Shown: piece after piece, positions 55,929 through 64,000 of the stretch
Layout of the letters: each line of letters starts with the position of its first letter
Numbering within the stretch: the stretch's first letter is position 1
Sequence record: MT446388.1
Direction: 5' to 3' (one strand)
Length of the DNA: 64,000 bases
Source: Escherichia virus TH10
Program-made: the position numbers and the translations under genes
The notes under the pieces: model-generated
The model's database searches: none
Seen by the model: only the letters and a program-made list of their open reading frames with translations
Told to the model about the DNA's origin: nothing

Positions 55929-58295
55929 ATGCGCATGGTAAATGACCACGCAGAAGTGATTAAGAGTTCAACTTCTTTAGAGACGTCTCAAGCACAGATT
56001 ACAATGACACCTGAAATGTTCAGCCTTTTGAGTTCTGGTGTATATACCTTTAAAGAAAGGGCAGTGATTCGTGAACTGTCATGTAACGCAGTAGATGCTC
56101 AGAAAGAAGCTGGAAAAGAGAATATCCCGTTCCATGTGCATTTACCTACTCGTTTTGAACCTTACTTTGAAGTCCGTGATTTTGGAACTGGATTGACTCA
56201 TGATAAAGTTATGAGTTTGTACCTAAACTACGGGGCTTCTACGAAGAATGACTCTAATGACTACATTGGTGCAATGGGTATCGGCTCAAAATCACCATTT
56301 GCAATTGCTCAGTCATTCACAGTGTCTAGCTATGTTGACGGTGTTGTTAATAAGTACTCTGTTTATCTTGAGAATGGTATCCCTCAAGTAACTAAACTGA
56401 CCACTAACCCAACAAAAGAACCTAATGGTTTAGCTGTACGTGTGGCAGTTGCTGACCACCGTATTTCAAAGTTCTTTGAAGAGGCTGGTAATGTATACTC
56501 ATACTTTGCTGTAAAACCAGAAAGTAATATTGATTACGACGATGTATTAGCAGATATGAACGTCATTGCCCGTGAAGAAGGTGTTTATGATGCCATGATT
56601 CATAAGCACAGCTGGCGTTCTAGTGATAACAGGACAGAGTTTAATGTGGTGATGGGTAACATTGCCTACCCTGTTAATATGGAAGCATTACTTGGCGATG
56701 ATTTCTTCAAAGTATTGCCAGAATTTTTCCGTAGGAGCGTAGACCTTGTAAACATCTACATGCCTATTGGTTCAGTTGCTATTGCAGCTTCTCGTGAAGC
56801 ATTGCAGATGAATGATACGACAAAAAATGTCATCATTGAGGCTACCAAAAAGATAACTGAAGCCATTACAAAGGATGTTATCAAAAAGATTAACAATCAG
56901 CCCACACTCATGGATGCTGCACAGGCTTATGCTGAGTTACGTTTGAACTCACGAGAGATGTTTAATGCTGTGTGTCCAAAGCTAGAGTGGGGAGGCATTA
57001 AGCTTGATTCTCTGGAAGAAGAATTGTTAAACATTCGTCGTGGAATTATCTACGCAGAAGACGGCTCAGTCATTTATGAACGTGACGGTAAAGGCAATAT
57101 TAAGGTTGATAGGAACGGGAACAATATCCCTAAAGTAGATTATCTTTATGACCCAGTTGCTTATGTCAAGTTCAACTCTTTAGAGAGTAAGATTCGTGCA
57201 ACAGCACTTTCCTACACTCAAGAGGCAAGCATGTTCAATATCTTTGGTGCAATGCGTAAAAGCCAAATTGAACAGTTTTTGTTCGTGATTAATGACCGTC
57301 GCAATAAAAACGGTACTGAGAAGACTGTAGGACGCAATCAAATTTTGCGTGGTGCATGTCGAGACTACGCCAGTGAGTCAAATCTGTTTCACAGATACAA
57401 TGGTATTGTCTTTGTATTCTCGACTGAAAAAGAGTTAGATGATTTAATCAATCTACACAAACTTGATAAAAGCTTGTTAAAGATTGTGAAGATGTCTGAT
57501 AAGGAACACCACTATCAGCGTAAAGAAGCTGTAAGGGGTGTTGTAAAACTCTGGAAAGCTGTTCCAGCAGAAGGTGTAGCTTCCTATAAAGAGGTTTCAG
57601 AGGACTTTGATACAATTGAAGAGCCTCAGCTTTACATTAAGGCAGTTGGCGACACAGTTGATGGCGAATGTTTTTGCTCATCTCCAGAAGATGTAGCCAA
57701 GTCAGTTGCTAATGTTACAGGGAAGACAGTCTATGTTTTCCGAAAAGCAAATTGGAAAAAGATACCAGAAGACTGGATTGAAGTAGATGAGAAACTCTTG
57801 AACGACAGCTTAACTGATGTTCATTGGATTAATCATAACAGATATATGACACGCATCTACATGAATGGTGTTCTTGACCTGACAAGCAGTTGGATTATTG
57901 CCAGAAACTTTACGTTCAATAACAGGAAGATTTCTCGTGGCTATTGCTATTCACGGGATACAAACAAAACTATCTTCCTAGAAGGAAATGAAGATGCTGT
58001 AGAGGCAATGTTTGGTAAAATCCAATACGTTGCTGCACCATTTGCATACACTTATACTATTAGTGTATTGAAAACTTTGAAAGACTGTCTTGACAATGAT
58101 ACAAAGCTTTACAAGAAAATTAAGAAAGCTGGTGACCGTATGGTCATTAAGGTGACAAACTACCTTTCAAAAAGAAAACAAGAAAACTTCTTGCTTTCTC
58201 ATTTGGATTGGAATAAAGTGTCACCCATCGAAGTGAGTAAGTTCTTAGGCTTTGATGTAAAATGTGTTCCAGAAGGGACTACAATTTACGATTAA
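55929..58295 (+). CDS. rIIA: rIIA-like protein with N-terminal GHKL-type ATPase domain
   Basis: N-box RELSCNAVDA, G1 box RDFGTGL, G2 box GAMGIGSKS; 788 aa. Confidence 0.6.
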   Translation: MRMVNDHAEVIKSSTSLETSQAQITMTPEMFSLLSSGVYTFKERAVIRELSCNAVDAQKEAGKENIPFHVHLPTRFEPYFEVRDFGTGLTHDKVMSLYLNYGASTKNDSNDYIGAMGIGSKSPFAIAQSFTVSSYVDGVVNKYSVYLENGIPQVTKLTTNPTKEPNGLAVRVAVADHRISKFFEEAGNVYSYFAVKPESNIDYDDVLADMNVIAREEGVYDAMIHKHSWRSSDNRTEFNVVMGNIAYPVNMEALLGDDFFKVLPEFFRRSVDLVNIYMPIGSVAIAASREALQMNDTTKNVIIEATKKITEAITKDVIKKINNQPTLMDAAQAYAELRLNSREMFNAVCPKLEWGGIKLDSLEEELLNIRRGIIYAEDGSVIYERDGKGNIKVDRNGNNIPKVDYLYDPVAYVKFNSLESKIRATALSYTQEASMFNIFGAMRKSQIEQFLFVINDRRNKNGTEKTVGRNQILRGACRDYASESNLFHRYNGIVFVFSTEKELDDLINLHKLDKSLLKIVKMSDKEHHYQRKEAVRGVVKLWKAVPAEGVASYKEVSEDFDTIEEPQLYIKAVGDTVDGECFCSSPEDVAKSVANVTGKTVYVFRKANWKKIPEDWIEVDEKLLNDSLTDVHWINHNRYMTRIYMNGVLDLTSSWIIARNFTFNNRKISRGYCYSRDTNKTIFLEGNEDAVEAMFGKIQYVAAPFAYTYTISVLKTLKDCLDNDTKLYKKIKKAGDRMVIKVTNYLSKRKQENFLLSHLDWNKVSPIEVSKFLGFDVKCVPEGTTIYD

Positions 58296-58301
58296 AGTGT
58301 T

Positions 58302-58331
58302 TGACAAGGGGCTTCAAAGCCCCTTAAAATG
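58302..58331 (+). promoter_or_regulatory. promoter-like element with hairpin in spacer (TTGACA-ggggcttcaaagcccc-TTAAAAT)
   Basis: ttgaca 58302-58307; 17-bp spacer is a perfect 6-bp-stem hairpin; -10-like ttaaaat. Confidence 0.4.
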
Positions 58332-58374
58332 GCATCACAAAATGATTTATTAACTAACAAGAGAGAGTAATAAG

Positions 58375-59484
58375 ATGACTACTAAAACTAAAGCACAGAT
58401 TGACGCAGAAATTTACAAACTGGTTAAAGAGGGCAAGCTGACTAAAACCGCTATTGCACAGAAATTTAACACCTCAACCCGTTCAGTCGGTCGTGCTGTA
58501 GAGCGTCATGAAGCAACCCTAAAAGGGAATAAAAAGGCAACTTCTACACCAGCTACGAAGACTTTGAAGCAAGTTGCTAAGACCTTTAAAAAGAAAGCTG
58601 GCAAACCAGTTGAAAAGGTCGTTAAAGACACTGTACAGAAAGCTCCAGTAAATAAACTGCACGAAGCTATGCAGAAAGATGACAAGATTGAGTACATGAT
58701 TACTGGTGATTCTGTAATTATGACTTATGGTTCAGAATCTGAAATTGTTGAGTCTACTCATCCGAACTATCAAGAGATTGTAGTTCATGTTGTGAAAGGT
58801 GAGTTCAAGAAAGCATTTGAACTGATGAACATTCGTAAGTCTATCGAAAACTTCACTCAGGGTGCTATCACAATCAAAGGCGACAAGCTATTCTACGGTG
58901 CTGTTGAGATGCGTTCTACTCTGGTTGACCGTATTCTTCACATGATGAAAACTGGTGATAAAGGTTTTGAACGACTTGTAATGTTCTTCGAAAAACTGAT
59001 GGAAAACCCATCTAAAGATTCTGTAGAACAACTTTGGGGATTTGTATCTCACCTTGATGTTGAAATTGATGAAGAAGGTTACATCATTGGTTGGAAGAAA
59101 GTCTCTACTCGTGAAGGTAAGCTGGTTGACTCCCACACCTACAAAGTTCCTAACGATTTGGGTAACATTGTAGAGATGCCACGTTGGATGGTTGATAATA
59201 ACCGTAACGTGACTTGCTCTCAAGGTCTTCATGTTGGTGCTTGGGATTATGTTCGTTGTTTCTCAGGTGATACAATTCTGAAGGTTCGTGTCCATCCACG
59301 AGACGTTGTATCCGTACCAACTGATTACAACGATATGAAGATGCGCTCGTCTCGTTATGAAGTTGCAGCAATCGTTGATAATCAACGTAAAGTGCTGAAA
59401 GCATGGGATGGCAAGACTGAAGCTTTACATGTCATCGTTGGTACTGCTGGAGAACTTATCTCCCAACGTAAACGTGAAATCTAA
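58375..59484 (+). CDS. rIIB-like protein (candidate, by synteny)
   Basis: 369-aa ORF immediately downstream of the rIIA-like gene; no motif I could confirm. Confidence 0.3.
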   Translation: MTTKTKAQIDAEIYKLVKEGKLTKTAIAQKFNTSTRSVGRAVERHEATLKGNKKATSTPATKTLKQVAKTFKKKAGKPVEKVVKDTVQKAPVNKLHEAMQKDDKIEYMITGDSVIMTYGSESEIVESTHPNYQEIVVHVVKGEFKKAFELMNIRKSIENFTQGAITIKGDKLFYGAVEMRSTLVDRILHMMKTGDKGFERLVMFFEKLMENPSKDSVEQLWGFVSHLDVEIDEEGYIIGWKKVSTREGKLVDSHTYKVPNDLGNIVEMPRWMVDNNRNVTCSQGLHVGAWDYVRCFSGDTILKVRVHPRDVVSVPTDYNDMKMRSSRYEVAAIVDNQRKVLKAWDGKTEALHVIVGTAGELISQRKREI

Positions 59485-59499
59485 TAAGTAATTTCTTAA

Positions 59500-59526
59500 A
59501 AGGCTGCTTCGGCGGCCTTTTTTATT
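59500..59526 (+). terminator. rho-independent terminator (UUCG tetraloop)
   Basis: ggctgc-ttcg-gcggcc-ttttttt. Confidence 0.7.
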
Positions 59527-59584
59527 TGTATTTTGTGCAGAGTGCTGTATAATTGTTGTCACGATAAACTAAACAGGAGAACCA

Positions 59585-60133
59585 ATGAAGAAATTGATTC
59601 TAGGTTTGTGCTTAATGTTTACAGCACACTTATCTTATGCAGTTGACTGCCCAGAGCTATCAATTAGCCAAAAAGTAAACATGTTAAAAGCTTACCAGTA
59701 TGGTGAGAATAACATGGGCAAAGGTTGGGGTATCACTCTAGCTGCTATAGCCTTACAAGAGTCAGAGTTAGGTCTGAAGGTAGAGAATAAAAAGACACAT
59801 GATTATGGTATTTTCCAGAATCACTTGAAGACTGTTGTAAAGCGTAACAAAATTAGCCCTAATGTGGCTAAAAAGAAACTCTTAAGAGACTTTGATTATG
59901 CTGCGAAGGAAACTCACAAAGAACTTGAGTTTTGGACAAAGGTGCATGGTCAGCCAAAGTCAAAGAAGACTTTACAAAAAGTTTTAGCATCATATAATGC
60001 TGGGTATTCGTACAAAATCCCTAAAGCTAAGAAATATTCTCAAGATGTCTATAACAATATGAAAGTGATTGCTCAATGTGAATTTGCAACAAACATTTCT
60101 AAGGTAAACCATGAAAAAATTAAGAAAGTCTGA
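59585..60133 (+). CDS. secreted lytic transglycosylase-like protein (SLT domain with signal peptide)
   Basis: Signal peptide MKKLILGLCLMFTAHLSYA; SLT-like blocks LQESELG, DYGIFQ, SYNAGYS. Confidence 0.5.
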   Translation: MKKLILGLCLMFTAHLSYAVDCPELSISQKVNMLKAYQYGENNMGKGWGITLAAIALQESELGLKVENKKTHDYGIFQNHLKTVVKRNKISPNVAKKKLLRDFDYAAKETHKELEFWTKVHGQPKSKKTLQKVLASYNAGYSYKIPKAKKYSQDVYNNMKVIAQCEFATNISKVNHEKIKKV

Positions 60134-60806
60134 TGAAGTACTGTGCCATGCTTATGACTTGCACCCTCATGAGTTAGGTCTTGATTCCTGTGTATGGACT
60201 CCAGAACAGTGCAGGGATTTTGAAGATACTGCAAGAGAAGTTGTATGTTCACTTGAAGAGTTCCATACATCAGAACCAATTGTGAGCGTTGTGGACAAAG
60301 AGACTGGACAAACTATAGGTGTAAGGCGTGATAGTTTAGTCATAGTCAATAAAGACCTTGTAGAAAAAGGTAACCTCATCTTAGCAGATATTGATGGCGT
60401 TCTTACAAATTTTAATCACGAAGATTGCTCAACGGAATTGACTGATGGGTCATTCTCACAGTACACTAATCTTCTTGATTCTGTAAGAGCAAAACCAACA
60501 TATGTTTTCAACATTATTGATGCAATTGCAAATCATGCAGCAGTTGGACTCTTGACAGCAAGAGGTGAATCTCAGAGAATACCTACTGAGATGTTTTTAA
60601 GGCACAATATAGAGCATGATTACTTGCTTTTTATGCGTGGTTTTGGAACTAACTCTATAAGTGCAGAAAGTTTGAAAGTGAGGATGATTCAGTCTTGCAT
60701 TCTTCCTTACTTTAATATAGTATGCTTTATAGAAGATACAGAGAATAATGTTCAGAAGGTAAACAGAGTCCTTCCACACATTAAAACTATGTTAGTTAAA
60801 CATTGA
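60111..60806 (+). CDS. HAD-superfamily phosphatase-like protein (candidate nucleotidase)
   Basis: HAD motif I LADIDGVLT; later LLTARGE and FIEDTENN. Confidence 0.4.
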   Translation: MKKLRKSDEVLCHAYDLHPHELGLDSCVWTPEQCRDFEDTAREVVCSLEEFHTSEPIVSVVDKETGQTIGVRRDSLVIVNKDLVEKGNLILADIDGVLTNFNHEDCSTELTDGSFSQYTNLLDSVRAKPTYVFNIIDAIANHAAVGLLTARGESQRIPTEMFLRHNIEHDYLLFMRGFGTNSISAESLKVRMIQSCILPYFNIVCFIEDTENNVQKVNRVLPHIKTMLVKH

Positions 60807-61282
60807 GAGAAGAACTTATGAACAATATCATTACGGTAGCACTGGACGATACGGCAAACAAATCTGAAGTAGTTCGTAAAATGATTCAAGGTAACTTTGA
60901 AGGTAAAATTTTCCGTGCTGTTAATGTAAAAGCTGACGGTAGCATTCGTGAATATCGTGCATTGTTGAACGTTAAGAAGCACGTAAAAGGTGTTGGTTCA
61001 ACGACTGCACACAAAGAAAACCTGATGACTATCTATGATATGGGTAAGGCTTCAGAGTTAGGTGCTGAAGGTATCGTTAAAGAAGGTGCTCCGTATCGCT
61101 CTTTCAATCTGGAAACTACTCTTATGCTTTCCTTTACAAGTGGTTCCAAAACAATCACTTATCTCTTTACTGATGCTGCAACGGTATCTGCTATTAAGGA
61201 TAGCACTGTCAAAGCTGGCGTAGTTGCTGCTGCAAAAGCTTCTTCGATGGCTGCGAATATCCTTGCTAAAGTCCTCGGTTAA
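60803..61282 (+). CDS. hypothetical protein
   Basis: 159-aa ORF followed by terminator. Confidence 0.45.
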   Translation: MREELMNNIITVALDDTANKSEVVRKMIQGNFEGKIFRAVNVKADGSIREYRALLNVKKHVKGVGSTTAHKENLMTIYDMGKASELGAEGIVKEGAPYRSFNLETTLMLSFTSGSKTITYLFTDAATVSAIKDSTVKAGVVAAAKASSMAANILAKVLG

Positions 61283-61292
61283 GGTTAAGATA

Positions 61293-61318
61293 CAGGCTCC
61301 TTCGGGAGCCTTTTTCAT
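61293..61318 (+). terminator. rho-independent terminator (UUCG tetraloop)
   Basis: aggctcc-ttcg-ggagcct-ttttc. Confidence 0.7.
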
Positions 61319-61334
61319 TTTAGGAGATTGTTAA

Positions 61335-61688
61335 ATGACATTTAAAGAGTTCTGTCAAGCTACTTTCATAATTGTTTTCTTAGTTGGGGCAGGTGTCTGG
61401 GGAGGATACTCTTACAGAGACTACCAAGTTGCTGAAACTGAGCTAAATAATGAGAAACTAATTAGTGTAGCTAAAGACGCTTATCAGGAAGGGTTAGTTA
61501 CACTGAGCACCAATTACAAAAATGATTTGAAAGATGTGCTTGCTAAGAATAAGCATACAAAAGAGGTACTAACATATGAAAAAACTAAGCCAGAGTTTTA
61601 TAATGTTTGTGTTACTGATAATTATGTCAGGGTGTTCAACGAACAAAGTGAACAGTACATTCAAAAACTCCCAAGTGAGCGAGAGTGA
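61335..61688 (+). CDS. i-spanin-like protein (Rz-like, N-terminal TM anchor)
   Basis: N-terminal TM FIIVFLVGAGVWGGY then soluble helical domain; contains embedded lipoprotein gene in another frame. Confidence 0.5.
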   Translation: MTFKEFCQATFIIVFLVGAGVWGGYSYRDYQVAETELNNEKLISVAKDAYQEGLVTLSTNYKNDLKDVLAKNKHTKEVLTYEKTKPEFYNVCVTDNYVRVFNEQSEQYIQKLPSERE

Positions 61689-61845
61689 TAAGTACACTCA
61701 AGAAGATTCAAGATTTACTATCAAAGGTAATACTGGTAGTGATGTGGCAGCAGCCCTTGAGTTCTATCGTGATGGATTTTACCAGTGCACAATCAAAGCT
61801 AATAACCTTATTGATATGATTTTATTAGGAAATAAACAGCAATGA
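61576..61845 (+). CDS. o-spanin-like outer-membrane lipoprotein (Rz1-like), overlapping the i-spanin gene
   Basis: MKKLSQSFIMFVLLIIMSGC signal peptide with lipobox-like MSGC; starts 113 bp inside 61335..61688 in a different frame. Confidence 0.5.
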   Translation: MKKLSQSFIMFVLLIIMSGCSTNKVNSTFKNSQVSESDKYTQEDSRFTIKGNTGSDVAAALEFYRDGFYQCTIKANNLIDMILLGNKQQ

Positions 61846-62111
61846 CAGAGAATGAAGATACTTTTTACGTAGAAGGTTACTTACTGTTACCGCGACCAAA
61901 AGAAACTTATATGCGAATTGACTTCATACCAACCATTATGGATAATGTGATGTGTCATATCTTTATGCAGGGTGTCACAGCGCAGCTTAAGCATGTTGGT
62001 AAAGAGTGCAAAATAAAGGTTGACACTCATCCAGAAATCAAAGAGAATCACTACACATGGTTCTTACCAGACTCTAAAGAAATCTTAGCAGTTCTTAAAA
62101 CGAGGAAGTAA
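61842..62111 (+). CDS. hypothetical protein
   Basis: 89-aa ORF, ATGA overlap with upstream gene. Confidence 0.4.
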   Translation: MTENEDTFYVEGYLLLPRPKETYMRIDFIPTIMDNVMCHIFMQGVTAQLKHVGKECKIKVDTHPEIKENHYTWFLPDSKEILAVLKTRK

Positions 62112-62113
62112 CT

Positions 62114-62437
62114 ATGCAGATTAACGGAAGAGACTTTGTAGCCGTTTACTACGAGAAAGGTAAAAAAGTTGGCGTAGCACAAGTATCTTATGGCAATGGT
62201 AAGTGGCTATATGGAACAATCGCAGTAGTAGGAACAAGAAGTGATACAAAAACCTTTAAAGATTGTGTTGACCTTCTTGAAGAATCCATCCAGAATCATT
62301 GGTGTCTGATATGGATGACTGACAATGAAGTGATAGAACGTTTCAAAAAGATTGATATCAACATTGACAGTATTGAGCATGTTGATTTATATGAGCTAAC
62401 TGAGAAGGTAAACTATGAAAGCTCTAGAAATAATTGA
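62114..62437 (+). CDS. hypothetical protein
   Basis: 107-aa ORF. Confidence 0.4.
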   Translation: MQINGRDFVAVYYEKGKKVGVAQVSYGNGKWLYGTIAVVGTRSDTKTFKDCVDLLEESIQNHWCLIWMTDNEVIERFKKIDINIDSIEHVDLYELTEKVNYESSRNN

Positions 62438-62642
62438 CAAAGATACTGGAGAAGTCGTATCTGCATGTGTTTTCATGAGCGATGACACAGTAATACCGTT
62501 TTACAATCTTGATGGTTTTAGTTTTACAGGTATAACTCCAGAAGAATACTTTGAAGACCTTACCTTTGCCAGAATTTCTATAGATACATTCTATAAATGC
62601 TTCTATGATGAAGGTAAAGAATTACGAGAAACTGAACTATAA
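62415..62642 (+). CDS. hypothetical protein
   Basis: 75-aa acidic ORF. Confidence 0.4.
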   Translation: MKALEIIDKDTGEVVSACVFMSDDTVIPFYNLDGFSFTGITPEEYFEDLTFARISIDTFYKCFYDEGKELRETEL

Positions 62643-62654
62643 GGTGTATGTTAT

Positions 62655-62855
62655 ATGGCTGACTTCTGCAAAGACTGTTCTATTGAAATGTTCGGACGTG
62701 ATACAGGTGACTTAAAAGGTCTTATCACTGAAGATGACTTTAAAGCTGGTTATGCAATGCCAGTAATCTGTGAAGGTTGTGGGTGCATCTGGGTAGACCA
62801 TGAAGGGCAACGTGTAAAACCTTCTGAAGATAAAGAATCTTGGGAGAGATGTTAA
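62655..62855 (+). CDS. small cysteine-rich protein (zinc-binding candidate)
   Basis: CKDC ... CEGCGC cysteine pattern in 66 aa. Confidence 0.4.
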   Translation: MADFCKDCSIEMFGRDTGDLKGLITEDDFKAGYAMPVICEGCGCIWVDHEGQRVKPSEDKESWERC

Positions 62856-62856
62856 G

Positions 62857-63642
62857 ATGGGTATTGTAAAAATCATCAATGGTGATATCTTTAATGCTTT
62901 TGATAAAGGCAAGTTTGATGTCATTGGACACGGTTGCAACTGTATGAACTTAATGGGTGCAGGTATTGCTGACAAGATTTCTAAACTTTACCCAAAAGCC
63001 TATGAAACTGACACAGAAGTTTACTTGTACGCAGGTGGCATTGGACATAAACCCTGTGAGGATTTACTAGGTAATATCTCTGTAGCACGTTTAGAACAAG
63101 GCCGTATAGCTAACCTCTACACTCAGCTTAAAACTGGTAAAGATGCCAGATACAGTGCTTTAGAGTCATCTTTGAAGAAACTTAACAGGTACTGCGAAGT
63201 CAATCAGTTGAAGAAAGTTGGTTTACCTATGATTGGTGCAGGTATCGGTGGACTTGACCATCAAGCTGTCACCGTTATCATCAATCAGGTAATGAAAAGC
63301 GTAGACGTTTACTTATATGTCTATGAAGGTGAGATGTACCACAAGTTACGCTCAGGTTGGAAGAACTATTGTGAACCAGAATATTTTGCAGGTATAGCAG
63401 TGTTCACAGATAATGCAGTTACCCTCTTCAGACGTAGAAAGGGTAAGATACATCAAAGTAACCCTCCGGTTGAAAAGATGTCTCTAAGTAACGCTCTAGT
63501 TACCCGCCTGTCAAAGAGCAATAATCGTATTGCTGTGACATTCGGTAGTGATGCAGATGCTTACATTTATGCGAGAACTGATGAGAATGTTAAGGCAATC
63601 TTCTCATCACCAGAAGTTACCTTCTTAGACGCAAAGAACTAA
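62857..63642 (+). CDS. macro-domain protein (ADP-ribose binding/hydrolase candidate)
   Basis: INGDIF...FDVIGHGCNCMNLMGAGIADKI and later VGLPMIGAGIGGLD match the macro-domain NAAN..GGGV and PxISTG blocks. Confidence 0.5.
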   Translation: MGIVKIINGDIFNAFDKGKFDVIGHGCNCMNLMGAGIADKISKLYPKAYETDTEVYLYAGGIGHKPCEDLLGNISVARLEQGRIANLYTQLKTGKDARYSALESSLKKLNRYCEVNQLKKVGLPMIGAGIGGLDHQAVTVIINQVMKSVDVYLYVYEGEMYHKLRSGWKNYCEPEYFAGIAVFTDNAVTLFRRRKGKIHQSNPPVEKMSLSNALVTRLSKSNNRIAVTFGSDADAYIYARTDENVKAIFSSPEVTFLDAKN

Positions 63643-63715
63643 GAAACTGTGTAGAATATACACAATAGACTAAGCCTTTCTTATCTGGTAAATTTTTCAG
63701 GTAAGGGGGGCTTTT

Positions 63716-63894
63716 TCATTTCAGAATTGTGCAGGTAAAAGTCTGGACAGAAATCTGTGGAGAGAATTTTGAACTCCAAAGGGAAAATTCATTTTCAAAC
63801 TGTGCAGGTAATCTCCAAAGAGCTTTTTCATTTTCAAAACGTGCAGACCCCGCTCAGGTCGGGCAAGAAAAATCATTTTAGAATTGTGCAGGTA
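63716..63894 (+). repeat. four direct repeats of ~22 bp (consensus TCATTTTCARAAYTGTGCAGGTA)
   Basis: Copies at 63716-63737, 63789-63810, 63828-63847, 63873-63894. Confidence 0.8.
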
Positions 63895-63918
63895 GGTTTT
63901 TATAGACAGCCAGACCAA

Positions 63919-63949
63919 CCCCTCTCCCCCTCTTACTCCCCCTCTCCCC
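63919..63949 (-). other. G-quadruplex-capable tract on minus strand
   Basis: plus-strand cccctctccccctcttactccccctctcccc gives four G4-5 runs separated by 3-7 nt on the minus strand. Confidence 0.6.
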
Positions 63950-64000
63950 AAAAGTCAAGAGAAAAATTTGTAGAGGATTGAAAAATAATTCTTGATTTGT

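Noticed and set aside
63721-63981. ORFs 63721..63951 (minus) and 63757..63981 (plus) at the right edge
   Set aside because: Both are assembled from the 22-bp direct repeats and the polypyrimidine tract; no RBS; more likely non-coding regulatory or origin sequence.

Overview
The whole window reads as virulent myovirus DNA; no host flank, integrase, tRNA or CRISPR array was found. The gene content and order resemble Felix O1-like phages, but that is a judgement from memory, not a database match. All calls rest on motifs read by eye from the six-frame translations.

Layout:
- 1–22.3 kb, + strand: late structural operon (terminase fragment, portal, prohead protease, major capsid, sheath/tube, tape measure, baseplate, two His-rich tail fibres).
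- 22.3–33.5 kb, − strand: early cluster (thymidylate synthase, DHFR, small accessory genes, DNA ligase, HNH-AP2 endonuclease, family A DNA polymerase).
- 33.7–63.6 kb, + strand: replication and nucleotide metabolism (primase-helicase, SSB-like, FEN exonuclease, NrdA/B/H/D/G, PRPS-like and NAMPT-like, rIIA/rIIB-like, lysis-related genes, macro-domain protein), interrupted by at least four homing endonucleases.

Most unusual, in order of interest:
1. Two intergenic blocks (25.94–26.21 kb and 27.34–27.64 kb) made of phase-locked 5-bp (NNACC)n arrays, about 60 units in total, interleaved with a conserved ~38-bp box and hairpins. They bracket a two-gene cassette of unknown function.
2. An adjacent PRPS-like/NAMPT-like pair, a candidate NAD+ reconstitution counter-defence module, plus a separate macro-domain protein.
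3. Four ~22-bp direct repeats followed by a G-quadruplex-capable tract at the right edge of the window.
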